The notes: generated from the letters alone by a model not told the origin. A stretch of DNA of 64,000 bases from Lentisphaeria bacterium (GCA_041690595.1 JAWLHB010000005.1:62001-126000), one strand, 5' to 3'; counted from the stretch's first letter, positions 9,385-19,318 are shown. Made by a program: numbers and translations.

Positions 9385-11304
9385 TTACTCGCCCTTGAAC
9401 TTCACCATCCCCCGGAAGTCCTGTTCACGGACGCCGAGGTCGAAGTAGACGCGGAACTTGATGCCGAGCGTGTCGAAGTCCGCGTCGCCCTTTTCCACGT
9501 TGGGCATGCGGCGGCCCTTGAGGTACCCGATCTCGAACGTGTCCACGACCGCCGGGTCGGCGAACAGGTACCAGGCAAGGCTGGATGCGCCCTGGTAGTT
9601 GGCGTTCGAGAGGTAGGGAGAGCTGATGACCTCCAGATCCTCGTCCGCCAGGGCGTTGTAGGTCGGGATGCGCTTCTTCTCGGTCGTGCCCGTGGCGATG
9701 TAGAACGTCGAGTTCAGCAGCTCGCGCGCGGTCATCTTCAGCGCCGTCGGAACCAGCAGGAATCGCGGGCTGATGTTGATCGGCTGACCGTCGGCATCGA
9801 CCTGATCCAGGAAAAGCTGCACCGCGAGCCCGAGGCTCTCGCCGGAGAGCGCGGTATCGGTGCCGTCCCGGAAGTTCTTGTGGGCGGTACTGAACAGGTT
9901 GCCGGGGTTGCCGAGCAACCGGGTGAAGAAGAGCTGGTCGATCTTCCGGGCCGCGCGGGCACCCATGCCGTCGGGCACCTTGAGGAAGGCCCCGAGGTCG
10001 TCGTTGTAGATCATCTGCCGGGTCAGGGCGAAGATCTTCCCGAAGGTCCCGAGCTGGTTGGTGGCCTTTTCTTCGGTCAGGCCGCCGTGCTTGATCTCGC
10101 CGTCCGGGGCCACGGGCTCCAGGTCGCCGACGTCGGTCAGGCGGTAGCGCTCAGACTCCTTGAAGTCGTTGAGTTCGCCTTCGCTGCACAGGCGGGTGGC
10201 GATCACCGGCTGCGCCTGGAAGCTGCGCAGCAGACGCTTGTTCGCCACGCTGTTGAGGATCCCCGGCAGCGACACGGTGCTGAACGCCGCCCGGATGGTG
10301 TCATTGCCGAAGCTGCGTGGCACCGTGATCCCCTCGAGGCGGGCGCATTCGACAAAGAGCTGGTGCAGGCTGAGGTCGCGGCTGCGGCTTGCGCCGGACA
10401 GGACCTCGTCGCCGTAGTGGCGCACCAGTTCGTCCTCACCGATGTTTGCGCGCAGGCACAGGGCGGCTTCCAGCACGCGGCATTCGAAGGCCGGACCGGG
10501 ATCGCGTCGGACCGAGATGTTCACGTCGGCCACGGGCCGCGCGGTACGGATGGCGGCGAGCACCTTCTGGCTGGCATCGTGAATCGACCAGCCCGCATTG
10601 ATGGCTTCGCGCTCGATCTCGGCGAACTCTCCGGCGCAGACGCGCTGGATGCCCGCGATACGCTCGCGCTCGGCGGCCACAGCCTGAGCGGCGGCGATGC
10701 CTGGATCGGGGGTTGCGTTGCCGGGTTGAGCACGCTGAGCGGGATCAGCAGCCGGGCGAGCAGGCGGAGGATTGCGGCGAGTGTTTTCATCCTGCATGGG
10801 TACCTCTCCGGTGAGAGTGAAGGAGGCAGCGACCTGCATGCGGGTGCCCTGGTCGGCACCGACGGCGACGACCGAGACCTCGCGCAGGACGGAGGCGGTG
10901 ACGTGGTAGAAGGGAGCGGCGTGTTCCTGGCCGTTGACCACGCGCGTGCCGGTCTTGACCAGGTCGGATTGCTTGACCTCGGCCCCGATGGAAAGCTGCC
11001 AGTCAGCCCCGGCTTCGGCCTGCTCGACGATGCCCGCCGCCTGGCCGTTGCCGGAGACGATCTCGCCTTCGATGTGCAGGCAGTCGTCCTCAACGCGCGC
11101 GGCAACCATGCCGACGCGCGAACCGGTGCGGTTCTCGTGGTTGGTGAGCAACGGGACCGTGTCGGGGATTTCCATGCCGGACAGGTCGACGACGACCGGA
11201 TGCTTCCAGCCGGGCAGATTCATCTTGCCGCCCGAATAGGCCACACCCTTCACTTTCGGCTTCCCGCCCTCGGCGGCGGCTTCGATGGTGACGAACTCAT
11301 TCAT
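9385..11304 (-). CDS. Prohead protease-scaffold-major capsid fusion (Mu gpT-like capsid domain)
   Basis: N-terminal GVAYSGG...PLLTNH...WQLSIGA...LREVSVVAVGAD protease; C-terminal TFGKIFALTRQMIYNDDLGAF capsid. Confidence 0.88.
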   Translation of the reverse strand: MNEFVTIEAAAEGGKPKVKGVAYSGGKMNLPGWKHPVVVDLSGMEIPDTVPLLTNHENRTGSRVGMVAARVEDDCLHIEGEIVSGNGQAAGIVEQAEAGADWQLSIGAEVKQSDLVKTGTRVVNGQEHAAPFYHVTASVLREVSVVAVGADQGTRMQVAASFTLTGEVPMQDENTRRNPPPARPAADPAQRAQPGNATPDPGIAAAQAVAAERERIAGIQRVCAGEFAEIEREAINAGWSIHDASQKVLAAIRTARPVADVNISVRRDPGPAFECRVLEAALCLRANIGEDELVRHYGDEVLSGASRSRDLSLHQLFVECARLEGITVPRSFGNDTIRAAFSTVSLPGILNSVANKRLLRSFQAQPVIATRLCSEGELNDFKESERYRLTDVGDLEPVAPDGEIKHGGLTEEKATNQLGTFGKIFALTRQMIYNDDLGAFLKVPDGMGARAARKIDQLFFTRLLGNPGNLFSTAHKNFRDGTDTALSGESLGLAVQLFLDQVDADGQPINISPRFLLVPTALKMTARELLNSTFYIATGTTEKKRIPTYNALADEDLEVISSPYLSNANYQGASSLAWYLFADPAVVDTFEIGYLKGRRMPNVEKGDADFDTLGIKFRVYFDLGVREQDFRGMVKFKGE

Positions 11305-12703
11305 GGTCCTGGTTCTCCTGCGTTGTTGGGGTGATGTCGGGATCGATGAGGCCAAGCTCCCGCATGAGGGCCTTTTCACGGGCGCGCTGGCGAAGCTCGG
11401 CTTCCCAGTCCAGGCCCTGGCGGGCGTATTCGTGCGAAAGGGTGGTCGTGTTGCTCTCCAGCCTGAGGCGCTGGGCGTTGGCTTCCTTGTAGGGATCGAC
11501 GTGCTCGAGCCCGTCCCAGAACCACTGGTGCGGACCGTCGATTTCCAGGTCGCGCGACAGGGCATACTCGCGGAGCCAGGTGGCCAGGATGCGGTCGAGC
11601 ACACGCGCGGCGATGAAGGCCTGGTCCACACGGATGGCCTTGTAGTAGGTCTGGTGGTCCAGGCGGCCGGAGGCGTAGTTGTAGCCGGAGGAGTTTCCGG
11701 CGGCGATGTTGTAGGGCAGGTTCAGGCAGCGGGCGATCTCGTTGAGGATCTCGCGCTTGAACTCGGCATAGGTGGTCGAGGGGTGCTTCGGATCGAGCTG
11801 CGCCATCTTCCAGCCGCCGGGCATTGTGAGCAGCATGTTGCGCTCGAGCTGCACGAGGTCCATCGGCTCGACGGCATCAGCTTCGCCCGACGCGGGCGCG
11901 TCCGTATAGAGAATCCCCGCGAAATCCGCGGCCGCTTCGGCGGCGGACAGGACCGCGAGGGTGTAACGGCGCAGCTGGGCGAAGAGGGGCAGCGCAGGCG
12001 TGATCTCGGGAATGCCCCGGTGCAGTTCCGGGCGGTCGGCCCGGTAGATGTGGATCATCGCCTGCGCGGGAACGTCGACGGCGTTCCGCCCGTAGTCGAA
12101 CTGCGAACCGCCTGGATGCTGCTTCAGCACCCGGTAGCTCGTGGGGTTGCCGTGTGCATCGAGGCGAATGCCGTCGACTTCGTCGCTGCGCCCGATGACG
12201 CTCAGGTCGCTGGTCACGCGGTCGGCCTCGACCAGGCCCAGATCGATCTGGATGTCGTGCTCGACGGCGGGGTTCTCCACCAGCATGGCGAAGGACTCAC
12301 CATCCTGGCAACGGGACATGCGCATGGTGCGCAGCTTCTCGGGGAGGCGTACGGCCTGGGACCAGGCGCTGAACTCGCGCTCGATGTCCCGGTTCAGGTC
12401 ATCGTCGTCGGTGAGCATCTGCAGCCGGGGGCCGGTGCCGATGGTGTCGTTCGCCAGCGTCAGGACGATGCCCTTGGCATAGCTGTTGTTGGCCACCTCG
12501 TATCGGGCCCGCTCCCGGAGCGCCTTGCGCACATCTGGACTGGCTTCCGCGTCGGCGGAATGCCCGTCGGCAGCGGCCCAGTGTCTGCGGTTTTCCGGGG
12601 TGGTCTGCGCGGCGTCGAAGCGCCCGCGCACGATCCGGCAGCTTCGGGGCTGCCGGGATCGGTCCGGGGAGCGCCTGAACAGGTTGGAGAGGATGGTCAG
12701 CAT
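11297..12703 (-). CDS. Portal protein, lambda family
   Basis: LRERARYEVANNSYAKG...DGESF...RGIPE...NYASGRLD motifs. Confidence 0.92.
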   Translation of the reverse strand: MLTILSNLFRRSPDRSRQPRSCRIVRGRFDAAQTTPENRRHWAAADGHSADAEASPDVRKALRERARYEVANNSYAKGIVLTLANDTIGTGPRLQMLTDDDDLNRDIEREFSAWSQAVRLPEKLRTMRMSRCQDGESFAMLVENPAVEHDIQIDLGLVEADRVTSDLSVIGRSDEVDGIRLDAHGNPTSYRVLKQHPGGSQFDYGRNAVDVPAQAMIHIYRADRPELHRGIPEITPALPLFAQLRRYTLAVLSAAEAAADFAGILYTDAPASGEADAVEPMDLVQLERNMLLTMPGGWKMAQLDPKHPSTTYAEFKREILNEIARCLNLPYNIAAGNSSGYNYASGRLDHQTYYKAIRVDQAFIAARVLDRILATWLREYALSRDLEIDGPHQWFWDGLEHVDPYKEANAQRLRLESNTTTLSHEYARQGLDWEAELRQRAREKALMRELGLIDPDITPTTQENQDHE

Positions 12704-12707
12704 CGCG

Positions 12708-12905
12708 TCAGCAGGCCCCCGGTGGGATCATCTTGCCGACGCGAATGCCCATCCCCTTGCGCTTCGCGGCTTCCTTCGAGGCCAGGTAGCGGTCGGCCGC
12801 CATCTGGTCCTGAAGGGAATGCTGCTCAACAGAACCCGAATCGCCGCTGGCCCGGCGCGGGCCTTGAGCGTTCTCGCGAATGTTCTGGTCCAGCGGCTCG
12901 GTCAT
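12708..12905 (-). CDS. Head-tail joining protein (gpW-like)
   Basis: 65 aa MTEPLDQNIRENAQGPRRASGDSGSVEQHSL...; between terminase and portal as in lambda. Confidence 0.7.
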   Translation of the reverse strand: MTEPLDQNIRENAQGPRRASGDSGSVEQHSLQDQMAADRYLASKEAAKRKGMGIRVGKMIPPGAC

Positions 12906-12940
12906 CGGCGTCTCCAAAATGGGCGGTTTCTGCGCATACC

Positions 12941-12973
12941 CATTTCTTTCACCGCGATTCGGCGAACTGGCGG
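12941..12973 (-). promoter_or_regulatory. Conserved motif CCGCCA-N14-GGTGAAAGAAATG, copy 1 (head/tail operon)
   Basis: Same bipartite motif and spacing at 19319, 28650 and 32348. Confidence 0.75.
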
Positions 12974-13145
12974 AGATGTCGATGCTTTCCTTGCGGAATG
13001 GTGCGCGGGTCACGCACGAGTGAGTTAAGCGATTGGTGTTGCCCCATCTTCCCCAAAGGCTATGTTATTGAGTCGCCGCCGGAGGGAACTGCCTGCGTAG
13101 GATCAATCACCTGCGGCGCGTAACGCCAATCAGGACTGCCCCCCT

Positions 13146-14225
13146 ATGGAGAGAACCTACAGAAAACTGAAGCTCGTGTTCTGTGGAGCTTCCGATGTCG
13201 ATGCGGAGAAGGAAGCTGCAAGGCGCGTTGCCGGAGAGTGGAACGACTGCCAGTCGGATGCCTACGGGATCGTTCTGCATTTCCAGCACTGGTCAACAAA
13301 CACATTCCCGGAAATGGGGGATCGACCGCAGGGCGTGATCAACCGGCAGATGGCCGATCAGGGCGACCTCATCGTTGCCGCTTTCCGTGGCAGGTATGGC
13401 AGCCCGACGGGCGTCTGCGGTTCCGGTACCGAGGAAGAGATCAAGCGGGCAATTGCGCAGAACAAGCTCGTGATGGTGTATTTCCATGAGCATCAAGGCG
13501 ACCCAGGGGTGAAGACGGGGCAGGAAGGTCAAGTCGCAGCGTTGCGGGCGGAGCTTCGGTCCCAGGGTCTCTATGCAGATTTCGGATCGACCTCCGAGTT
13601 TGAGAACGCATTCCGCAGGCACCTCGCCGCCGCAGTTCAACGCCAAGTGTCCGCAGCCATCTATGCACAGACTGCCCCCGCCCCACAGCCGAGTCAGACC
13701 ATTACGGGAGACAACAACATCCAGGCGGGGAGAGACGTTCACGTTCACGAGAAGCCCCCTGTAGAAAAGCCCGTAATCGAGCGACGACCGGACGGGTTGT
13801 CGCCAGCACAGGCCCGTGAGGTCCAGAGCTTGATTGAAGGGCTCGTCGAAGAGACTTCAGACATGTCCCGTGACGATGCATTCGAGATGTGGTGGAGCCG
13901 GTTCTACAACCGCTACAAGGTCAACAAGTACGAAAACCTGACGCCCAATAAGCTGCCCGATGTTCGAAAGTGGCAGAAACAACAGGTCGGAATTCTCAGA
14001 AACAGCCCCAAGACTAGGGATCGCGACTCTCGGCGACACAACCTGTATGGGGTGTGTAAATCCGCCATGCGCACCATGGGAGTCACCGAGGACGAGTATT
14101 ACCCGCAGGTCGCAGCCCGACTGAAAATGCGCAAGCCGTTCACGTCGCTGACGAAGCTGACGATGCACGACCTTAAGCGGGTAGTGGATCTCATGCGTCG
14201 CGACTCTAAGCCGAAGCGGTCGTAG
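13146..14225 (+). CDS. DUF4062 (TIR/NDT-like) domain protein with helical C-terminal domain; moron
   Basis: SDV..EKE...EWN...HW...P.MG.RPQ.VIN...D......RYGSPTG...SGTEEE...VMVYF; opposite strand to the late genes. Confidence 0.75.
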   Translation: MERTYRKLKLVFCGASDVDAEKEAARRVAGEWNDCQSDAYGIVLHFQHWSTNTFPEMGDRPQGVINRQMADQGDLIVAAFRGRYGSPTGVCGSGTEEEIKRAIAQNKLVMVYFHEHQGDPGVKTGQEGQVAALRAELRSQGLYADFGSTSEFENAFRRHLAAAVQRQVSAAIYAQTAPAPQPSQTITGDNNIQAGRDVHVHEKPPVEKPVIERRPDGLSPAQAREVQSLIEGLVEETSDMSRDDAFEMWWSRFYNRYKVNKYENLTPNKLPDVRKWQKQQVGILRNSPKTRDRDSRRHNLYGVCKSAMRTMGVTEDEYYPQVAARLKMRKPFTSLTKLTMHDLKRVVDLMRRDSKPKRS

Positions 14226-14236
14226 CTTCGAGGACG

Positions 14237-16522
14237 TCACCTACCGCCAACTCCAGAGCGTGACTGCCGCCTCAAGTCCGACAACTTGATGCGCTCGCGC
14301 TTGGGCGGGGCGATTTCCTGGGTGCCGGGCAGCACGGCCCCCTCGATACTGGCGGCCACCGCACAGCCGACGATCCCGTCGAGCCAGTGGTTGTCGTGTG
14401 CATCGGGCCGGAGCTTCCACTCGTCCACCACTCTTCCGCGCCCCTCGGTCTTCACCCGATACTCGGCGGTGAGGTGTTCGGCGAAGAGTTGATGCGCAAC
14501 CGGGTCGCGCCCATACAGCGAGAGGCAGCCCCGGTCGCCCATGGGCACGGCCAGGCGGGCGTGGATGAAGCTCTTCCAGTAGTTGGTGTCGTAGAGCACG
14601 TGCCGGATCGCCCGCTTGCCGCGCACGTTCGGGATGCGCCAGTTGTGCCCGACCCGGTCGCCGCGCTTCTTCTTGTACTCGGCGAACGGGGTGCTGGACG
14701 CGCCCACGTAGCGTCCGTGGCTGGGGAAGAGAACTGCCGCGTGGGTGCTCTGACGGCAGAACTGGTAGACCACATCGGTTGACGTGCCCCAGTTGGCGTC
14801 GATCAGGCAGCGCCCGATCTTGAGCATGGCCCCATCATCGCGCTGCCACTCGCGGACGAGGAGCTTGCCGGTCAGAGTTTCGAGCCCGGCGTAGATCGAG
14901 CCTTCGAGACCCGCGCCCGCCTTGACCTCCAGCAGCGTCGGACTCGCGTCGCGCAGTGTGTAGTAACGCCGTCCTTGGTCGGGAAACGCCCCATAGTCCA
15001 CCAGGTAGCCGGTGAAGTCCGACTCCCAGGCGCACACCGCCCAAAACAACAGTTTGCCCTGCACATCGATGAACATGGTCAGGTGGTTGCAGCCGATGGG
15101 GACCTCGCCGCGCTTGTGGCCGTTCAGCTTCTGGGCGATTTCATCAACCGTAAGCTGTTCGTCTTCACCGAGGTCCTCGGGCAGCGGTTCGTTCTGGTAT
15201 TCGGCCCAGAACGCCGCCTCGTCCTGCAACTTCAGGTTCATGGCATGCTGCAGCGCCGATGCCTCGTCGTGGTTGAAGCGCGCCGCCCACGCCACGTCCG
15301 AGCCCTCGTCCATCTCATCCCGGTGGGCGACATAGAACGCCGTGGCATCACTGAGATCGCCGTGCTGCCTCAGACTGTCCGCCCGGATCTCAGCGTACTT
15401 CTCCCAGAGCTTCTCGTTCTCGGGGAAGGCGTACACCATCTTCGTGCGCTCGCCGTTCCACTCGGGGTGCTTTTCGCGGTCGAGAATGCGGTCGGCCATG
15501 TCGCCGGGACGGATCACGGTGCAGGGCATGATGCCCGAGATCTTCTTTCCCGGTCCGGCCAGACCGAGGACCGCCCCGGCCAGAATGCGCTCGCGGTTGG
15601 CGCACTGAGACAGCGACCGGGCCGACTCGTCGGTCTGCGGGTCGTCCAGGATCACCAGCGACGGGCGCACGGTCTGCCCATCAGGCCGCTTGAACTTCAT
15701 CCCGCGAATCCGACCGGTGATCCCGGCGACGCGGATGATCGCGCCGGACCCTTCGCTACCGGCAATGGTCGGCAGGACGATCTCGTTGGCCGTCCAGCCG
15801 ATCTGTGTACGGTCGCCCTTGTAGAGCTGGCCCGAGCAGCGGTTGGCGATGCCCTCCAGAGAATGGATCGGGTAGCACACCGCCGGGAAGTCCTCGAGCA
15901 GCAGGTCGTTGGATTCCAGCTCAGTCTTGATGGAGTCGAGCATGCCAAGGGCGTGTCCCTCGTCGGAACCGATCAGGGTGACGAAGTCCCGGTGTCCGTA
16001 CAGCATCGCCCACAGACATGCACACTCCGCCAGGCTCGACTTTCCGCTGCCGCGCGGCATGGCCATGGCGAACAGGCCGCCATGCAGAACCGCCTGCTCG
16101 ATCTTGGCGATCACGCGCAGGTGATCGTCGGACCACTCCAGGTGGAAGGTCTGCGGGAAGTAAGCATCGCAGAACTCCCGGAAGCTGGTCCGGCACTGCT
16201 CGCGGCGTTCGGGATCGACTACTTCCGGCAGTTCCCCAATGTCCCGACCGGCGGCGGACAGCGCCGCGTTCCGGGCCCGAGCCGCCTCCTTCATCGCCTC
16301 GTAGTCGCGCGCGGTCTGCTCGGGTTGCGGGCCGTGGCGCTCGTCCACGAGCCACGCCAGGTACTTGAACAGATTGACGGTGCGGCCATCCGGCGAGATG
16401 CGGAAGCCCGCCCGCTGCCGGTGCCGGTAGAGCTGGCGGTCATCGATCACCGTGCCCAGCGACGTCGAGTTCAAGAGCCGCGTCAGGTCGGATGGTTTGA
16501 GTTTGGAGGGATCAATCGCCAT
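14237..16522 (-). CDS. Terminase large subunit (lambda GpA-like)
   Basis: Walker A MPRGSGKSS, Walker B VILDDPQ, nuclease FIDVQ...IDANWG...DNHWLDG. Confidence 0.92.
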   Translation of the reverse strand: MAIDPSKLKPSDLTRLLNSTSLGTVIDDRQLYRHRQRAGFRISPDGRTVNLFKYLAWLVDERHGPQPEQTARDYEAMKEAARARNAALSAAGRDIGELPEVVDPERREQCRTSFREFCDAYFPQTFHLEWSDDHLRVIAKIEQAVLHGGLFAMAMPRGSGKSSLAECACLWAMLYGHRDFVTLIGSDEGHALGMLDSIKTELESNDLLLEDFPAVCYPIHSLEGIANRCSGQLYKGDRTQIGWTANEIVLPTIAGSEGSGAIIRVAGITGRIRGMKFKRPDGQTVRPSLVILDDPQTDESARSLSQCANRERILAGAVLGLAGPGKKISGIMPCTVIRPGDMADRILDREKHPEWNGERTKMVYAFPENEKLWEKYAEIRADSLRQHGDLSDATAFYVAHRDEMDEGSDVAWAARFNHDEASALQHAMNLKLQDEAAFWAEYQNEPLPEDLGEDEQLTVDEIAQKLNGHKRGEVPIGCNHLTMFIDVQGKLLFWAVCAWESDFTGYLVDYGAFPDQGRRYYTLRDASPTLLEVKAGAGLEGSIYAGLETLTGKLLVREWQRDDGAMLKIGRCLIDANWGTSTDVVYQFCRQSTHAAVLFPSHGRYVGASSTPFAEYKKKRGDRVGHNWRIPNVRGKRAIRHVLYDTNYWKSFIHARLAVPMGDRGCLSLYGRDPVAHQLFAEHLTAEYRVKTEGRGRVVDEWKLRPDAHDNHWLDGIVGCAVAASIEGAVLPGTQEIAPPKRERIKLSDLRRQSRSGVGGR

Positions 16523-16724
16523 CGGCCATCCTCTGCACGAGCCAGGCGGCGTACTCGATGAGGTTCACGGTCCCGTCGTCGTTGACCGGAGCGCCTGCTT
16601 CGAGGTCGGCCTGGATGGTTTCGGGCGACACGTGCCGGGCCCCGGCGCGCTGCAGCACATCGCTGATCTTTCGAGGCTGCATGGCCGTGATCCGGGGTTC
16701 GTTGGCGTGATTCTGGGAAGTCAT
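16512..16724 (-). CDS. Small HTH protein, candidate terminase small subunit
   Basis: 70 aa overlapping the terminase start; GAPVNDDGTVNLIEYAAWL resembles Nu1-type winged HTH. Confidence 0.6.
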   Translation of the reverse strand: MTSQNHANEPRITAMQPRKISDVLQRAGARHVSPETIQADLEAGAPVNDDGTVNLIEYAAWLVQRMADGD

Positions 16725-16858
16725 CGAAGAATCTCCAGAATCATCGAGGAATTCTGCTCGACCCGACTTGCTGAGGGCGCGATGAGGCCGCTTAATGAGT
16801 GTCGTAAGATGTTCTCGTTGAGCGAGAACCTAACCAGACAACGCCAACGGAGGCCAAG

Positions 16859-17122
16859 ATGAAGACGACCGCGAAACAGACCGCCAGAGAGACCTACGAG
16901 ACCCGCCAGCGCGAGATCGCCGCGATGCTCGAGTTCCTGAAGTGCGAACTCGAAAGCCACGCCGACAAAGCCAAGGCCGATGGCCTGCATTGGGGCCACG
17001 TTGGCGATCTCGGGCACATACGCGAAAACCTGAAAGAGACACTGGTCTTCGTGATGGGCGGCCGCGACGAGGAGGCCACCGGGAAGATGATCGAAGACGC
17101 CGTCGCCGACGCCTTGGCGTAA
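16859..17122 (+). CDS. Hypothetical protein
   Basis: 87 aa; GGAGG RBS; HWGHVGDL motif. Confidence 0.7.
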   Translation: MKTTAKQTARETYETRQREIAAMLEFLKCELESHADKAKADGLHWGHVGDLGHIRENLKETLVFVMGGRDEEATGKMIEDAVADALA

Positions 17123-17149
17123 ACGCACCAACACAAGGAGAACAGGACC

Positions 17150-17347
17150 ATGGCCGCCAACCAACGCCTCCAGAAGAAGCTCGAGGAGATCGCGAAACAA
17201 CACCTCGACGTCGAGACGCTCGCGGAACGGAAGAGCGACCGACTGGATTTCACCGAATGCTCCGTGTGGGGCATTCAAGCAGCGCTCGAGGCGGCCTACC
17301 GCCTTGGGCTGGAACAGGGACGCAGGGCCAAGCGCACAGAGCGCTGA
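17150..17347 (+). CDS. Small hypothetical protein (DUF6900-like)
   Basis: LEEIAKQHL.VETL..RKSD.LDF...SVW.I..ALEAAY..G. Confidence 0.7.
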   Translation: MAANQRLQKKLEEIAKQHLDVETLAERKSDRLDFTECSVWGIQAALEAAYRLGLEQGRRAKRTER

Positions 17348-17371
17348 GCCGCAACACAGGAGACAGACACC

Positions 17372-17887
17372 ATGCGCAACGAAGACATCCACATCGGGAC
17401 CGCCTACACCTGCAAGGTCGGGCGCAACACCATCCGCGTGACCGTGAACGAGGTCCTGCCGGACGGCGGCTGGCTGGTCGAGACGCACACGGGCCGGACC
17501 ATGACCATCCGCAGCGCGGAACGGTTCATCGAACCGGCGGACGCGCCGGAGGTCGCCACACCGCGTGCCGATCAGGTAGAGGCGGAGCCAACCCCGGACC
17601 AGGGAACGGAACGCGACACGAGCGAACAGGGCGCGGACACGGGCGAAACCGGAGGGACCATGAGCCTGCTCGACGCGGCTGCCCACCTTCTCGGGCAGGC
17701 CGACGAAGCGACGCGCTGCAAGGATCTTGTCGAGAAGGCGCGCGAACAGGGGCTCTGGGCCCCGAAGCGCGGCGGCAAGACTCCCGACCGGACGCTCTAC
17801 GCAGCGATCCTGCGGGAGATCAACACCAAGGGCGACGCCTCCCGCTTCCGCAAAGTCGAGCGGGGACACTTCACCCTGAACGCCTGA
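17372..17887 (+). CDS. HARE-HTH (HB1/ASXL) winged-helix protein
   Basis: C-terminal MSLLDAA..LL...GKTPDRTLYAAILREI...SRF.KVERGHF. Confidence 0.8.
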   Translation: MRNEDIHIGTAYTCKVGRNTIRVTVNEVLPDGGWLVETHTGRTMTIRSAERFIEPADAPEVATPRADQVEAEPTPDQGTERDTSEQGADTGETGGTMSLLDAAAHLLGQADEATRCKDLVEKAREQGLWAPKRGGKTPDRTLYAAILREINTKGDASRFRKVERGHFTLNA

Positions 17888-17917
17888 TCGGGACACACAG
17901 AACACATCCATCCTCTC

Positions 17918-19261
17918 CTACGCCTCGGCATCCGCCGGGGCGTTCTCTCTCGGGGTCAGGGATTCCCAGTCGCAGCCCTCGCCGTGAACGAACTCGGCCC
18001 AGCGCTTCCGGATGACGTCGCAGTACAACTCGTCGATCTCCATCAGGAAGCCGTGCCGCCCGGTCTGTTCACAGCCCATCAGGGTCGAGCCGGAGCCGCC
18101 GAAGAGGTCGAGGACGTTCTCGCCACGCTGGGAACTGAACTGGATCGCCTGGACCGCCAGCGCCACCGGCTTCTCGGTGAGGTGGATCATGCTTTGCGGA
18201 TTGACCTTCTTAATGTGCCAGAGGTCGGTGGCGTTGTTCGGCCCGAAGAACCGGTGGGCCGCGCCTTCCTTCCATCCATAGAAGCACCACTCGTGCGCGC
18301 CCATGAAGTCTTTCCGCGTGAGAACGGGGTGCTGTTTGTCCCAGATCACCGCCTGGCTGAAGTAAAGCTTGTGCTTCTTCAGGAACGGCGGGTAGTTGCC
18401 GCAGTTGGCGTAGCCGCCCCAGATGTAGAAGCCGTGGCCGGGCAGAAGCACGCGCGCGATGTTCCCGAACCAGGCGTCCAGGAGCCGGTCGAACTCCTCG
18501 TCGGTCACGAAGTCGTTTTCCAGGGGACGGTCCTTCGGGCGGAGTTGGGCGTGGGTGGCGTGTGCTTTCTCGGGGTGTCGCTCGACGTCCAGCTTCTGAT
18601 GGTGGGTCTGGGTGAAGCTCGACAGTCCGGCGGCGATGGCGTTGTTGCTGCGCGGCTCGACCTTGACGTTGTACGGCGGGTCGGTGTTCGCCAGGTGGAT
18701 CGGCTGGCCGCCGAGGAGCTTGTCCAGGTCGCCGGGGTCGGCGGAATCCCCGCACATCAGGCGGTGCTCCCCGAGCTGGTAGATCGCACCGCGCACGCTG
18801 ACCGCCTCGTCGGGCGGCTCCGGGACACTGTCCGGGTCGGTCTGGCCGTCGGTCACCACGGCGTTGTCGCCGCCGAGAAGGCGGGTCAGTTCGTCATCAT
18901 CGAAGGCCAGGAGATCGAGGTCGAAGTCCGCGCCCTGCAGGTCGGCAATCTCGATGCGCAACTGGTCGAAGTCCCACTCGGCCAGCTCGGCGGTCTTGTT
19001 GTCGGCGATGCGGTAGGCCTTCACCTGCTCGGGCGAGAGATCGGTGGCCACGTGGACCGGAACCTTGGCGAGCTGCAGCTTCTTCGCCGCCTTCCAGCGG
19101 GTGTGGCCGCAGATGATCACGCCATCGCCATCCACCACGACGGGCTGGCGAAAGCCGAACTCACGGATGCTCTCCGCGACGGCGTCCACGGCGGCGTCAT
19201 TCAGGCGGGGGTTCTTCTCGTAGGGGGTGATGCTGTCGATGTCGCGCAGTTCGATTTGCAT
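17918..19261 (-). CDS. ParB-N domain plus N6/N4 DNA methyltransferase
   Basis: PYEKNPR...FGFRQP...ICGHTR...YRIADNK; TDPPYN; H.TEKP; VLDLFGGSGST. Confidence 0.92.
   Translation of the reverse strand: MQIELRDIDSITPYEKNPRLNDAAVDAVAESIREFGFRQPVVVDGDGVIICGHTRWKAAKKLQLAKVPVHVATDLSPEQVKAYRIADNKTAELAEWDFDQLRIEIADLQGADFDLDLLAFDDDELTRLLGGDNAVVTDGQTDPDSVPEPPDEAVSVRGAIYQLGEHRLMCGDSADPGDLDKLLGGQPIHLANTDPPYNVKVEPRSNNAIAAGLSSFTQTHHQKLDVERHPEKAHATHAQLRPKDRPLENDFVTDEEFDRLLDAWFGNIARVLLPGHGFYIWGGYANCGNYPPFLKKHKLYFSQAVIWDKQHPVLTRKDFMGAHEWCFYGWKEGAAHRFFGPNNATDLWHIKKVNPQSMIHLTEKPVALAVQAIQFSSQRGENVLDLFGGSGSTLMGCEQTGRHGFLMEIDELYCDVIRKRWAEFVHGEGCDWESLTPRENAPADAEA
17920..17950 (+). terminator. Intrinsic terminator of the counter-oriented 3-gene operon
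   Basis: ACGCCTCGGC-ATCC-GCCGGGGCGT hairpin followed by TCTCTCT. Confidence 0.55.
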
Positions 19262-19318
19262 GGGTGCCGGTCTCCGGTGTGGTTCAAGAGCTGGTCGGGC
19301 GATCAACGCGCCCATGTC

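Noticed and set aside
17918..19261. Restriction-modification system
   Set aside because: Orphan ParB-methylase typical of phage packaging regions; no adjacent endonuclease
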